From Mobula hypostoma (Eukaryota), in assembly GCF_963921235.1 (NCBI RefSeq), contig NC_086107.1:99264001-99328000 (forward strand): a DNA stretch of 64,000 bases. The letters are read 5' to 3'. Shown piece by piece: positions 25,235-39,150 of this stretch. The position numbers and the translations under genes are program-made. The notes under the pieces are model-generated. The model worked only from the letters and a program-made list of their open reading frames with translations, was not told the DNA's origin and did not search any database. Numbering within the stretch: the stretch's first letter is position 1; the number at the start of each line of letters is the position of its first letter.

Positions 25235-26545
25235 TCAGTCTGGTTTACTATCACTGACATATACTGTGTCATGAAATTTGTTTTCCAATAGCAGTACAGT
25301 GCAAGACAAAAATACACCATGAATTACAATAAGAAATATATTTTTAAAAATTAAGTAGTGCAGAAATAGTGAGGTAGTATTCATGAGTTCATTGTCTGTT
25401 CAGAAGTCTAATGATGGAGCGGAAGAAACCGTTCTTAAAACATTGAACGTCTGTGCGTTCAGGCTCTTGTGCCTCCTCTCTGGTAGTAATGAGAAGAAGG
25501 CATGTCCTGAGTGGTGGGAGCCCTTAATGATGAATGTTGTCTTTTTGAAGATGTCCTTGATGGTGTAAAGACTAATGCCCACGGTGGAGCTGGCTGAGTT
25601 TACAACCCTCTACAGCATTTTCCAATCCTGTACAGTGGGCCCCTCCATACCAGACAGTGATGCAGCCAGTTAGAATGCTTTCCATGGTACACCTGTAGAT
25701 ATGGAGTCTTTGATGACATACCAGATCTCCTCAAACTCCTAATGAAATATAGCCTTTTGCATGTCTTCTTCATAATTGCATAATATGCTGGGCCCAGGGT
25801 TGATCTTCAGAAATGTTGACACCCAAGAACTTGAATTTGCTCACCTGAGGACTGCTGTGTATTCCCTCGACTTCCTCAAGTCCACAGTCAATTCCATGGT
25901 CTCATTAACGTTGAGTGCAGTGTTGTTGTTGCAACACCAGTCAACCATCTGGCATATCTCACTTCTGTACACATGCCCTTCACCTGCTGAGATTATGCCA
26001 GCATTGATGAATTTATCAATGGCATTTACAATGTGCCTAGCCACACACTCATGTGTAGAGAGAGGCTAAGCGTGCATCCTTGAGGGGCTCCGGTGTTGAT
26101 TGTCAGTGAGGAGATGTTATTTCTGATCCACACTGACTGTGGTCTCCTGATGAAGTCAAGAATTCAGTTGCAGTAGGAGGTATAGAGACCCAGATTTTGA
26201 AGCTTATTGATTAGTACTGAGAGGATGATGGTGTTGAACACTAAGCTGAAATAAATAAATAAATATACAGCAATGTGATGTTGGTATTGCTCTTGTCCAG
26301 GAGGTATAAGGCTGAGTAGAGAATCAGTAAGATTGCAACTGCTGTAGATCTATCATGGCAATAGGCAAATTGCAGCTTGCTTAGGCAGGAATTAATTTAG
26401 CCATGACCAACCTCTTAAAGTACTTTATCACAGTAGATGTGAGTGCTACTGGGCAATATTCACTGAGGCAGCTCACTCTGCTTTTCTTGGGCACCAGTAC
26501 AATTGATGACCTCTTGAAGCTGGTGGGAACTTCCAACTGCAACAT
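25235..26545 (-). mobile_element. Rex1/Babar-type LINE RT and 3' region, degraded
   Basis: [76 protein letters not shown]. Confidence 0.8.
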
Positions 26546-26705
26546 CTCCTTTAAACTCACCGTAAGCCTATGCCTTTTTGTTTCCATGTTGGGAAGAAGA
26601 CTGAGAGGGACAGAGAGTGGTCAGCACTGAAATGGGCCCTTCCATACTGACCTTTTTGCCCATCTGCACAAATCCCAATTGGCTGCATTAGGACTGTATC
26701 CTTCT

Positions 26706-27014
26706 TATAGGCATCCGTTAGTCTCATGAGACCATGGATTTGCGCCTTGGAAGGTTTCCAGGGTGCAGGCCTGGGCAAGGTTGTATGGAAGACCGGCAGT
26801 TGCCCATGCTGCAAGTCTCCCCTCTCTACACCACCAATGTTGTCCAAGGGAAGGGCATTAGGACCCATACAGCTTGGCACCGGTGTCGTCGCAGAGCAAT
26901 GTGTGGTTAAGTGCCTTGCTCAAGGACACAACATGCTGCCTCGGCCAAGGCTCAAACTAGCGACCTCCAAGTCACTAGACGAACGTCTTAACCACTTGAC
27001 CACACACCAACATA
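26706..27014 (-). mobile_element. tRNA-head, CORE-like SINE (tail type A)
   Basis: TGGTCAAGTGGTTAAG A box, GTTTGAGCC B box, GTGTCCTTGAGCAAGGCACTTAACC. TSD GTATCCTTCT at 26696-26705 and 27015-27024. Confidence 0.8.
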
Positions 27015-27516
27015 GTATCCTTCTATGCCTTGCATATATAACTACCAGTCTAGATCTCTCTTAAGCATAGTGATTTTACCAGATTCCACGACTTCCTCTG
27101 GATATCAACCCATCAGATCCACTTTAAAAGCTGCTTCCTCTCACCATGCATCTATATCCTCTTGTTTTTGATGCCCTTAATATGGGGACAAGATTTTGAC
27201 AGTGTACCCTATCCAGGCCTCTCTCAATCTTAATATACTTCGTTCAAGTCAACCCTTAGTCTCCAACATTCCAAACAAGGCAATCCAAGTTTGTCCAACC
27301 TAATACACTCCAATCCAGGCAACATCCTGGTGAACCTCTTCCACACTGTTTCCATTCTTCCTTTAGTGTGGTGTCCAGAGCTGCACACAGTACTACAAAC
27401 ATGACCTAACTAAAGTTTTATGCAGTTGCAACGTGACTTCTAATATTATACTGAGGTCCCTGACTGATTAAGGCAGGCATACCGAATGCTGCCTTTGCCA
27501 CCCTATCCACCTGTGT

Positions 27517-27732
27517 CAAACAAGAGAAAATCTGCAAATGCTGGAAATCCAAGCAACACACACAAAATTCTGGAGGAACTCAGCAGGCCAGGCAGCATCT
27601 ATGGAAAAGAGTAAATGTTTCGAGCCGAGACCCTTCATCAGGACTGTTGAAGGGTCTCAGCCTGAAAATGTTTTCTCTTTCCCATAGATGCTGCCTGGTC
27701 TGCTGAGGTCCTCCAGAATTTTGTGTGTGCTA
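27517..27732. mobile_element. Penelope-derived palindromic element inserted in CR1
   Basis: Inverted arms. Near-TSD CTATCCACCTGTGT / CTATCCCCTGTGT. Minus-strand CAGTCCTGATGAAGGGTCTCGGCTCGAAAC. Confidence 0.8.
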
Positions 27733-27820
27733 CTATCCCCTGTGTTGCCACTTTCAGGATGCAATGGACTTGCACCCCAAGCTCCCTTTGTGCATCAATA
27801 GTGCTGCGATTCACTATATA

Positions 27821-28079
27821 CAGATGATCCCTGCATTATGGGAGTGTGATTGAGTTAATAGAAGATGGAGTGTTTTGATTTTTCCATAACACAAACAATG
27901 CTGTTTGTGCATCCATATTGAATTGTGAGTTGATTAAAAAAATTGTTTCACTTGATTTATTTACTTTTCACAAACTCCAGAGATGAATTTTATTCTGGAT
28001 CTCAATTATATGGGTGATTTGTGAATTCTATAAGGGTAGATTTCCATAATCTGAATGGTTTTAATACAGCTATTACCTG
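27821..28079. mobile_element. Probable Tigger/pogo-type MITE
   Basis: TA|CAGATGATCCCTGCATTA ... TAATACAGCTATTACCTG|TA: degenerate TIRs that interrupt CR1 sequence. Confidence 0.45.
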
Positions 28080-30480
28080 TACATCCCTTCTGCATTTGAC
28101 CTCTCAGAATGCATCACTTCACATTTGTCTAGATTAAACCCTTATCTGCCATTCCTCCTCACAAGTTTCCATTGGTCTTTGACAGCCTTCCTCATAATTT
28201 CACAAATCTTTCACTAATTCCACTAATTTTCATGCTTTCGGACTACCTATATTTTTGCCCAAGTCATCAATAGACGTTAGATGTTACAAACAACTGAGAT
28301 CCCAGCATTGATCATTGCAGGGTACCAGTGGTCAAAGGCCTCCAGTCAGAAAAACGGCCCTCTTATTTGTGATCAAACTAGTTTGGATCAAGTTTACCAG
28401 CTCACCATGGATCCCATGTGACTTAATCTTCTGGATCAGCACTGACTACTCACCAGGCTTCTGGAACCTTGCCAATGGAAGGGTCCCAGCCATCTCCTCC
28501 CGTGCTTTCCTCAGTATACTGTGGTAGATCTCATCTGGGAACTTATCCACATTAACTGATTTTCAAGACATCCAACACAAGCACCAGGATATTTGCATAC
28601 CACTCCCAAATTTGACCATTCTGCACATCCTTGGTGTCTACTGATGTGAAATGCTTATTGAGGTCCTGACCCACTTCTCTGGCTTTGAGTCGTAGATTCT
28701 TTCCTATGTCCTTCAGTAGACCTACCTTTTCCATAGCTACCCTCATGATTCTAGTATACGTATAAAATGCTTCCGGATTCTCCTTAATCTTACTTGTCAA
28801 GGATATTTCATGGCTTCTTTTAGTTCTCAAAATTTTTTGTCTTTTTCTGCTTCCTTTACATTCCTCAAGGGCCTTGTCCAATATCAGCTTCCTAAACTTT
28901 ACATATGCTTCCATTTTCTTTTTAACTAAACTTGTCATTGTCGGCTTTCATCCTGACAGGAGCAGGTTGGTCTTAAACTCTTATCATCTCGCCTTCAAAA
29001 GACATTTAATGTGGATTTTCCCAATAATGCCATTTCCAATCTTTTTTCAGTTCCTGTCTAATAATGTTATAATTAGCCTTTCCCCAATCTAGCACTTTCA
29101 CCTGAGGACAAATCTTATCCATGTCTCTAAAGATCTTAAAACTTGCACAATTATGGGCACCGTTCCCAACATGCTCTGCAGCTCAGACTTTGATCTCTTG
29201 GGTAGGCCCATTCCCCAATAGATGCTGTAGTACGACACCATCCCTAGTAGAGCTATCTGTACATTAGAACATAGAACAGTATTGCACAGTACGAGCCATT
29301 TTGGCCTATGACATTGTGCAGACCTCTTTAAAAACCTACTCCATGATTAATCTAGCCCTTGACCAGATTTTTCTTACATCCATGTGCCTACCTAAAGTGT
29401 CTCTTAGATGGTTCTATTCTACCAGCCTCTACCACCACTCCCAGCAGAACATTTCAGACACCTATCACTGTATGTGTTTTTTTAAAAAATTATCCCCGAC
29501 ATCCTCTTAAACTTTCCCCCACTTACCTTAAATAGATGTCCTCTGGTATTGGCCATTTCCACACTGGGAAAAAGGTGGTGACTGTCCACTATGTCTATGC
29601 CTCTCATGATCTATACACCTCTATCAAGTTGTTTCTTATCCTCCTCTCTCACTCTACCTCTAAACCAGGCAGCATCTTTGTAAATCCTTGCACCCTCTAA
29701 AGTTTTCACATCATTCCTATAATGCTGCAATCAGAACTGGACACAATATTCCAAATGTGGTCTAAACTCATAGCTTATGCACTTAATTTCCCAACTAATG
29801 AAGGCCAACACACCATATGCCACTTCAATCACAATATCGATCTGCATGGCAACTTTGACGGATTCATGGACTAGGACCCCGAGAGCCCTCTGTTCCTCCG
29901 CACTCCATCCTGCCATTAACCTTGTACTCTGCCTTCAAATTTGACCTTCCAGAGTGTATCGCTTCACGCTTTTCCAGATTGAATTCCATATGCCAATTCT
30001 TTGCCCAGCTTCGCATCTTGTATATGTGTTGTAGCCCATGACAACCTACACTATCCGCAATATCAGCAACCTTCATGTCATCTGCTAACTTACTAACACC
30101 CTTCCACTTCCTCATCCAAGTCATTTGTTAAATCACATAGAGAAGAAGTCCCAGAACAGATCCCTGTGGCACACGTCACAGACCTTCAGGCAGAATATAT
30201 CCACTACCACCCTTTGTCTTCTGTGGGCACGCTAGTTTTAAATCCACAGAGCCAAGTTTCCATTGATCCCATGCCTGGTGACTTTCTGGATGAGCCTACC
30301 AAAGCGAGCCTGGTCAAATGCCTCACTGAAATCCATGTACACCACATTCACCAATCCACCTTCCTCAATTTGTTTTGCCACTTCCTCAAAACACTCAGCT
30401 GACTATCCCTAATGAGACTTTGCTTCTGCAAATGCTCATAAGTCCCGTCCTTAATAATTCTCCCCATTAGTTTGCAAATT
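28080..30480 (-). mobile_element. Mosaic of CR1 LINE fragments
   Basis: KIKENPEAFYTY (28552-28938), SKLADDMKV..WAKNWHMEFNLEK (29864-30124) and RPHLEYCVQF (29731-29916). Confidence 0.75.
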
Positions 30481-31064
30481 GGTTTTCAAAACTTTCCTGA
30501 ATGCACTGATGAATTCTGCTTCATCTAAGCAGAGTAAGGGTGTCCCAGTCAATATTGGGGAAGTTGATATTCGTCATAACCATAACTTTTGTTTTTAACA
30601 TCTGCCTACATAGTACAACTCCATTATAGAGATTGCAGCTGAGTTGTATCTGTGTTATCTTGCTGAATGAGCCCTCCAAGTGATGACATTAATGCAACCC
30701 TCTGTCACATCTGAAACATACATGCCCTAAAATGCTGGACTGACTGGTCCTGCCTTTCTCTCAATCTTTTTTTTATTGGCTACAATTTCATAGCTTGAGG
30801 TCTAATTAGGCTCAAAGCTAGTCTGCTTTACCCATTGTACTGCATGTATTAAAATAAATAGAAGGGACAGGTATCTTAGATGCAGTATTGTGCCATGAGA
30901 AAGGATTTATTGGTGATCTTGTAGTTAAAGGATCAAAATATTAGAGTTTTATTCAAATATAGTATGAGAAAGCATGAGGCGCGAGTTCATGCTCATCAAT
31001 TGGAAAGCTACATTAAATATGTCAGTTAACTAGCCATGGCTAATGTTTTCTTAAAAAATATTTA

Positions 31065-31530
31065 CAGTTTACAAGTGTGATGGAATACTTTCCACTCGTC
31101 TGGGTGAGTGCAGCTTTAGCAATACTCTAGAAGTTTGACGCCCTACAGAACGTAGCAGCCTGCTTGATAGGCATCTCATCCTCAAGCATTCACCGCCAAT
31201 GCATGGTAGCAGCTGTTTGTACCATCTACAGGGCGCACTGCAGCAACTCCCCAAAACTCCTTAGACAACATCTTCAAAACCTCTACCAGTTGGGGCAGGG
31301 CCCGAAGAAACAACACCGCACGGAAGCTGCCACCCAAGCCGCACACCATTCTGACTTGGAAATGTGTTGTCATATCTTCACCACTGGGTCAAAATCTTGG
31401 AGCTCCATCCCTAACAACGTTATGGGTACATCCATACCTAGAGCATGGCATGGTTCAGGAAGGCAGCTCAGCACCAGCTTCTCAAGGACAATTCGGGATT
31501 GGTAATTAAATTGCTTACAAAGCCCACATC
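31065..31530 (+). mobile_element. LINE ORF2 C-terminal fragment of a distinct CR1/L2-group family
   Basis: SVMEYFPLVW..KFDALQNVAACLI..IHRQCMVAAVCTIYRAHCSNSPKLLRQHL. Confidence 0.6.
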
Positions 31531-32774
31531 CATAAGGCCATAATACATAGGAGCAGAATTAGGCTATTCAATCCATGGAGTCTTTTCCGCCATTCCATCA
31601 TGGCTGATCCCGCATCCATACTTGAATGGATATATATATTTTTTTAAAGAGGATAGAAGAACAGATGCCTCAAGAATGCCAGTCAGAAGAAGCTGTAGGT
31701 AGATTTGGCTCAAAGTAGAAAACGTAATTACCCTAAAGCCTGAGGTTTGAGAAAATTTCAGTTTATCAAGGCATTACTTGAGTAAGCAAACAGACTGAGT
31801 TTGTATAGATAGAGGAAAAGATTAATGTGCATCCACTAGACTGAAACAAAGTATTAAATTGGTCAAGTAGGGGTTTGCTTTGAGAGGAGCTGGCAGAGAA
31901 ATCTTGTTGCATCTTCATGGACAAAGACAGGGCAACCCACCTGGAGATAATGAAGATCAATAGCTCTAAACTAAATGAAGCATACAAATAAATCAGTCTT
32001 CATTTGGAGAAATTGATGGGAATGAAAGATGATAAATCCCTGGGATCTGGTGACCTTCAGACAAGTGGATGCATTAATTGTCATCTTCTGAAATTCTGTC
32101 GATTCTTGTGTAGTTCCTGCAAATTGGAAGGTAGCAAAGATAACCTTTAAAGAGAAAGTTAAGAATTTTTAGACCAGTTAGTGTAGCATCATCATGGTAG
32201 GGAACATGTTAGAATCTACCATGTAAAGTGGTATTGATAACAAGACCCTCAAATAATGGGAACAATTGGGGAATAGACAGGACCTTATGAATTGGAAATC
32301 ATGTTTGACAGCATGTTAGCTTCTTAAGGAGGTAACTAGATAGCCAGTAAATCTTGTGTTTTTAAATGGTGTGAAAATGGATGGGCTTGTCTCAGAGGGA
32401 CCCTTGTGTCCTTGTTCAAAAATCACACAGTTAATTAGCAAGTAGTTAGGAGAGACAATAAAGCGAGAAATTACTGGAAACCACAGCAGGTCAGGCAGTA
32501 TTATTTGGAGAGAAACAGTTGATGTTTCAGGTTGATGATGAAGGGTAATTGACGTGAAATATGTAACTCTGCTTTTCTGTCTGTAGATGCTTCCTGACAC
32601 ACATATTTCCAGCATTCCCCATTTCATTTCTCATTTCCATCTCCTGATTTCCATTTATCATTGATCTTTATTGCAAGATAATTTGAATATAAAAGTAAGC
32701 ATTTTTGCTCCAATTATATAGAGCTGTAGTGAGATTACAGCTGTAACATTATGTTAAGGTCTGGCCTAACTAAA

Positions 32775-33004
32775 GTTGGACATGTGGCCAAGTGGTTAAG
32801 GCGTTCGTCTAGTTATCTCAAGGTCGCTAGTTCGAGCCTCAGCTATGGCAACGTGTTTGTGCCCTTGAGCAAGGCACTTAATCACACATTGCTCTCGTCT
32901 GTGCGAGGAGTGGTGTCCCACACAGACTTCCAGTCTGCGCCTTGTAAGGCATGAAAATGCCCGACACAGGCCTCTCATGGTCTGAGTCGACGTCCCCTCC
33001 CTCC
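32775..33004 (+). mobile_element. tRNA-head, CORE-like SINE (tail type B)
   Basis: TGGCCAAGTGGTTAAGG A box, GTTCGAGCC B box, GTGCCCTTGAGCAAGGCACTTAATC. TSD CCTAACT at 32765-32771 and 33005-33011. Confidence 0.8.
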
Positions 33005-34104
33005 CCTAACTTAATGAAGGATATATTTACAATGGAGGGGATTCCATGAAGGTTTACCAAATTAATTCCTGTAAGTGGCATTCGTGAAATGAGAAATTAA
33101 TCACATTGGTCCTGCACTGTAGTATTTAGAAGATCAAAGTGTAACCTTGTTGAAATCTGGAAAATTCTTAAGGGAATACCTTAAAACCCTGCAAGTGCTG
33201 AAATCTGAAATGAAAACAAAAATTGCTGGTCAGGCAACATCTGTGGTTTAAAGTTTCAGTTTAAAATTCTTTCAACAACACATATATGGAGGGTCTGCAA
33301 CATGAAACGTTAGGTCTTTGTTTCTCCACGGATGCCCACATGAGTGTTACTAGCATTTTGTTTTTGAATTCTTGAGGGGCTTGGCAGCGTAGAATTGGAG
33401 TTGATGTTTCCCCTTGCTAAGGTGTCTAGAACCAGGCGTCACAGACTGGGGGAAAATGGGGTTGGCATTTAGAAAAGAGAGAGTAATAAATCTTTAGGAT
33501 TCTCTCGCCAAGGTGGACATGGAGGCTGAATATATTCACAGCAGATCAATAGTTCTTTAAATTTAAAGATCATAGGGTTAATGATTATCCATGATCTTAA
33601 TAAATGGAAGAGCAGACACGTGCTTCTCCGTGCTATAGTCGTAGGTTTTTGTGTTGATGGCACAGAAGAATCTGTGCCTGTTCTGGGTACTTTGTGAGTT
33701 GTTGACCCTCCTGTGGTATTTCTACCCACCACCTGTTCCTTTGGTCACAGGTTTTTTGGCCTTAAGGAGCTTGTAGAGCTGTTTTCTTCTTGAGAAAATG
33801 CTGGAATTTCCAATCCAAGCACACCTCACACCTCTGGATAATTACCCTGCAATTTGATCATTCAGCAGTCAAAAATCTCTTCATAGGTGTTGGTCGTCAG
33901 AACCAGAATCAGGCTTAATGTCGTGAAGTGTGTTGTTTGCAGCAGCAGTACAGTGCAATAGATTAAAAACTGTAAATTACAATACTGTACATATTAAATT
34001 AAATAGGTAGTGCAAAAAGAGAGCAAAAATAGTGATGTGATTAGTGCTCATGGGTCGGTTCATTGTTCACTTAGAGATCTAGTGGCAGAGGGGGAAAAGA
34101 AATG

Positions 34105-36135
34105 TAAGACGTAGGAGCAGAATAAGGCCACTCAACCCAATGAGTCCACTCCACCATTCCATCATGGCCGATTTTTTTAATCCCGCTCCACCCAATTCTC
34201 CTGCCTTCTCCTTGTAACCTGTGACACCTGACTAATCAAGAACATTTCAATCTCCACTTTAAATATACTCAATGACTTGGCCTCCACAGCCATCTGTGGC
34301 AATAAATTCCACAGATTCACCAGCCTCTGGCTAAAGAAATTCCTCCTCATCTCTGATCTGAATGGATGTCCTTCTATTTTGAGACTGAGCCCTCTGGTCC
34401 GAGCCTAGACTGACCCACTGCACATTCATTCTATCTAGGCCTTTCAGTATTGAATAGGTTTCATTGATATTCCACCCCCGCCCCTTCTTCTTAACCCTAA
34501 CAAGTACAGGCCCAGAGCCATCAACCCTCCTTATACACTAACCTTTTCATTCCAGGAATCATTCTTGTGAACCTCCTCTGGACCCTCTCCAATGCCAGTA
34601 CATCTTTTAGATAAGGGGCCCAAAACTGCTCACAGTACTCCAAGTGCAGTCTGACCAAAGTCTTCTAAATCCTTACCATCACATCCTTGCTCTTATGTTC
34701 TACTCTTGAAATGAATGCCAACACTGCAATTACCTTCCTTGACACTGACTGAACTTGTAGGGAATCCTGCACAAGGACTCCCAATACACTATGTTCCATA
34801 GGCCACTTCTTTACCCATTCTCCCAATTTATTCAAGTCATTCTGCAGACTCCCTGCTTTCTCAACACCAGCTGCTGCTCCACCCGTCTCTGTATCATCTG
34901 CAAATTTTCAATGGTTCCATTTAATATCAGAGGATATATACAATATACAGCCTGAAATTCTCTCTCTCCACAGGCATCCTCAAAACAAAAGAAATGCCCC
35001 AAAGAATGATTGACAGGAGAAAAAAAATGCAAGAATCCCAAAGCCCCTACCCTCTCCCATGCACGGGCAGCATCAATTCTTCCCCCTCCCCACACTTATT
35101 CTAGTTTAAAGCGACAGCATTCCCACCACCCACCATACGAGCAACAGCAAAGCCCCCAAAGGGAGACCATGGCCAACAAAAAAATCTGTTCGTTCCAACA
35201 TTTCAACATCTCTCAGGCTGGCTCTGTCTCTCTGACAAGGGAGACACAGAGGGGAGACAAACAGTCACTGTTTTGATGTTACAGTCAATCTGAAGTGTTT
35301 TTTTTAATTTCGAGTTCCCCAACTCTAGAATCAGCAACAAACTCTCACCCACCATTGAGAGAGAGAAAGTGATCGATCACTGAGTGCACTGCAGAGGCCC
35401 CCAACAGCTGCTCTCTCTATCTTCGATCTTCCGGCTCCCGCTGCACTTCAATTCACAGCACTGGCGAGAATTCACGTCCAAGGGCTGCACTAAACTGTGC
35501 CTGGACATGTTGAAAGCGCGGCCGATCAGAGAGCTCCAAGAATGCCGACATGCTGCAATGCCAAATCGCAGTTTGAGAGCCACTGTGGATCAAAGACCCT
35601 GACATGGTCTCAGCTACCCAGAAAAGGAAAATAGAGACATTAGAAGAGGAAGAAACCATTAATTTTGTCATCCAAATTGTTCACATATAAAGAAGTGGCC
35701 CCAATACAGACCCTTGCGGAACACCACTAGTCACTGGCCCCCAACCAGAATAGTCCTCCTTTATTCTCAATCTTTGTCTCCAGCCAGTCAGCCAATGCTC
35801 TATCCATGTTAGAATCTTTCCTGTAATATTATGGGACCTTATCTTGTTGAGCAGCTAACAATTTTCTTAAGGAAACCGTGCTGACTTTGACCCACTTTAT
35901 CCTGCGCTTCCAAGTACTGCAAAACGCCCTTAATAATGGACTAGGACATCTTCCGAACCACTGAAGTCAGACTAACTGGCCTATAATTTCCCTTTTTCTT
36001 CCTCCCTCCCTTCTTAGAGTGGAGTGACATTTTCAATTTTGCAGTCCTCCAGATCCATTCCAGAATCAAATTATTCTTAAAATATTATTACTAATGCCTT
36101 CACAATCTCTTCAACTACTGCTTTCACAACCCTGT
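34105..36135 (-). mobile_element. CR1 LINE fragment interrupted by an insertion at about 34908-35650
   Basis: CR1 tail GTAAGACGTAGGAGCAGAA and TCATCTGCAAATTT (reverse of KFADD). CR1 sequence resumes after about 35655. Confidence 0.7.
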
Positions 36136-37206
36136 AGAGTAGACCATGAAAAAGTTCTAGAAGCTGTTTATAAAATATTGAGTGTGTGTCTTCCAGGCTC
36201 TTGTACCCCATCTCTGATGATAGTAATACGAAGAAAGCATGTGCTGAGTGATGGGGATCCTTAGTGATGAATGTCCTCAATGTTGGACACCTTCAAAAGG
36301 CGATGTTTACAATGGAGCTCATTGAATTTGCAACCTGTGCAGCTTTTTCTGATCCTGTGTAGTGGCCCCTCCGTGCTGGACAGACACCGTGATTTGTGGG
36401 GCAGTACAGATGCTATGGGCAGTGCGGTTCCTGTTGGTGAGGTTACTTGTGAGATGCTTTCTGAAAAGACATACCTGTTCTGGGTCTTTGAGATTTTTCT
36501 GTAGCTGCCTGTGTTTTAGCACTGGGCTGATGGTGATAAGTGGATTAGATGGTGGTCATTAATATCTGTCATGGCACAGGAAAAGCGTACATCACTTGGA
36601 TGATATAATTGAGGACTTTGGTAGCTGGCAGACAGCAACATCATGTGCAGGAACCCTCACACTCATTAGGAGCACTCTACTGTTTAACAATCTGGAAAGA
36701 GTGCCAGGACTCCTCCACTCCTGTGTTGGTCTGTGCAGCATCTGTTCACTTGTCACTGGGCCTGCACAGATAGAATTGACTGGCCATTGCAGAGCATTAC
36801 GTGTGATCCTCTGTATAAATAACACTTCTCCATTTGAGTTCAAAGTAAGTATAATGTCAAAGTACATATATGTCACCATATGCTACCCTGAGATTAATTT
36901 TCTTGCTTGCATTTACAATAGAACAAAGAAATACAATAGAATCAAAGGAAAACTAGACACACACACACACACGAAGACAGTGTGCAAATATATAAAAAAG
37001 ACAAATAATAACAACAATAAATAAATACTGAGAACATGAGCTGAAGAGTCCTTGAAATTGATTCCATACGTTGTGGAATCAGTTCAGAATCCAAATCAGG
37101 TTTAATATCATCGGCATGTGTCATGAAATTTATTAACTTAGCAGCTGCAATGCAATACATGATAAATATGGAAGAAAATAAAGCAATTACAGTAAGTATC
37201 TATGCT

Positions 37207-38047
37207 CAGACCCTGCTTAACGCTGCGGATGCATTCCTCAGAGGTGAAGTGCTATGTAAATCAGTGTTGTGCCGGGTCATTGTAATATTACGTAAGTGAA
37301 CAAACATGCCTTTTTTTTTTAAAAACAAACCTGAGATGTATGATATATTATGTATACCCAGTAACAAGCATGCAAGTAGACCTAAGCTGTACATAAGTGG
37401 AGCAGCAACACATCGCAGCAGCAGTGGAGGGAATCGGTTGGTGGTTACATCTTAGAGGAGGGACCATTCTGTGGGTCCTCCTCCAACCTTGGTTTCTTCT
37501 TCAAGTAGGTGTCGAGATTTCACTGCCTCTTCTTTAGTTTCCTCTCATGAAGCGATTCTCGGGAGCAGGAAGTCATGTCGAAAACACCTCTCTTTGCCTT
37601 ATTGCTTCGGTCCCAGTCAGGGTCATTATCAATGATCACTGCAAATTTCAAAGAGGTGCCAGCATTAACCTGACGCTCACCGGCATCCAAATGCCGTACC
37701 ACTTGTAGTTTCACACCCATGCTAATGCTTTTCCTAGACGTCTTAGATGTACTACTGGAAGTTGCTGGCCATTTTCCAGATGTTATGGGTGAAAGAAATG
37801 GAATAAATTGGTGAGGGAGCAAAAGCGTTTACATACGCGGGAGAGGCAGAGCATAAACGAATGCGTGATTGGGTGTGGGTGCCTTAGAGCATATGTAAAG
37901 TGCTCTCATTGGCTGATTGAATGTTATTGTAATAGTGGTTCCTCCTGAGAAGTTTTAAGTGTTTAGAATGAAATTTTGTCATTTTTAAAAAATTCAATAA
38001 AGAATTGATTAACCATGTTGTAACAAATCAGTGCTATGCAGGGTCTG
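37207..38047 (-). mobile_element. Internally deleted Tigger/pogo DNA transposon
   Basis: TIRs CAGACCCTGC and GCAGGGTCTG|TA. ORF 37520-37822 joins a CENP-B-type HTH start (RKSISMGVKLQVVRHLDAGE) to a Tigger-like C-terminus (DNDPDWDRS..SCSRESLHERK). Confidence 0.8.
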
Positions 38048-39150
38048 TATGTGTATGTGTGTGTATATTATATATTTAAAATTTTAAATAGTGCAAAAAC
38101 AGAGAAAAGAAGGTTCAGCATTGAAGTGAGTGAAGTTATCCACACTGGTCCAGGAGCTTGATGGTTGAAGGGTGATAACTGTTCCTGAACCTGCTGGTGT
38201 AGGGCCTAAGGCTCATGTACCACCTTCCCAATGGCAGCAGTGAGAAAAAAGCGTGCCCTGGATGGTGGGAGTCCTTGATGATGGGAGCTGCTTTCTTCTG
38301 ACAGCGTTCCTTGTAGTGGTGAGGAGTAAGAGTGAATTCATCTATAAGTAGTCAGGTTATTAAATGTGGCAATCAGAAACCTCTGCAAATCATAGGGGAA
38401 ATTAGTACTTAGACCACTGGTATAAATTCTTTTGATTGCTTACATTTATGTCAGTACTGTTGCATTGTCCTGTAAAACTAGCATTCATCTGGAAGTTTCC
38501 CTCCTGACTTGGAAATATATCACCATTTGTTCACTGTCAAATTCTTGCAACTCTCCTGAATAGCATTACAGGTACATCCACACCTCAAAGACTACAGCTG
38601 TTCAAGGCAGCTCACACCACCTTTTCCAGCAGTTAAATTTTGGCTCAGCCTGCAAAATCCAATTCTTTTGCATGAATAAAGAAAAATTGTCCCAGTTTTC
38701 ACATTCTACATACCGTTCCTTTCTCTCTGCATTCGTTTGTTCTTTTGTAAGATTCTGCTCACTTGCATCTCCTGTCAGTTGGTCCACTGGGTCTCCCAAT
38801 CTGCCTGCCTCTTTTCTCCTCGTACCCTTTTCCCTAATCTAGCCTCCTTGACCTTTATGCTATCCTGTTTCTTTCCAGCTTACCCACCGCTGGGAATTAA
38901 ACATCAAGCTTGTACCTAGGAGGTATCACTTCCTCTCTTTGTATATTGAAAGTAACCTTCCCCAGTAAGAGGTTGTGCCACTGAAATTTACCAAGTTCCG
39001 TGATATAAACATAGGTAACACCTGTGCCGTGGTGCTGGCTGAAGAAAGGTTTCTAAAGGGCCACTGCTTGCTGATGTGCCGCAATCACGCTGTTTATCCA
39101 CCGCTCTGATACTTGAACTCTCCCTCACTTCTGTCTCTATCTTCCCCCAG

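Noticed and set aside
32775..32850. tRNA gene
   Set aside because: The A/B boxes continue into a SINE body with a TSD, so this is a SINE head. The same applies at about 26940-27014 and 11690.
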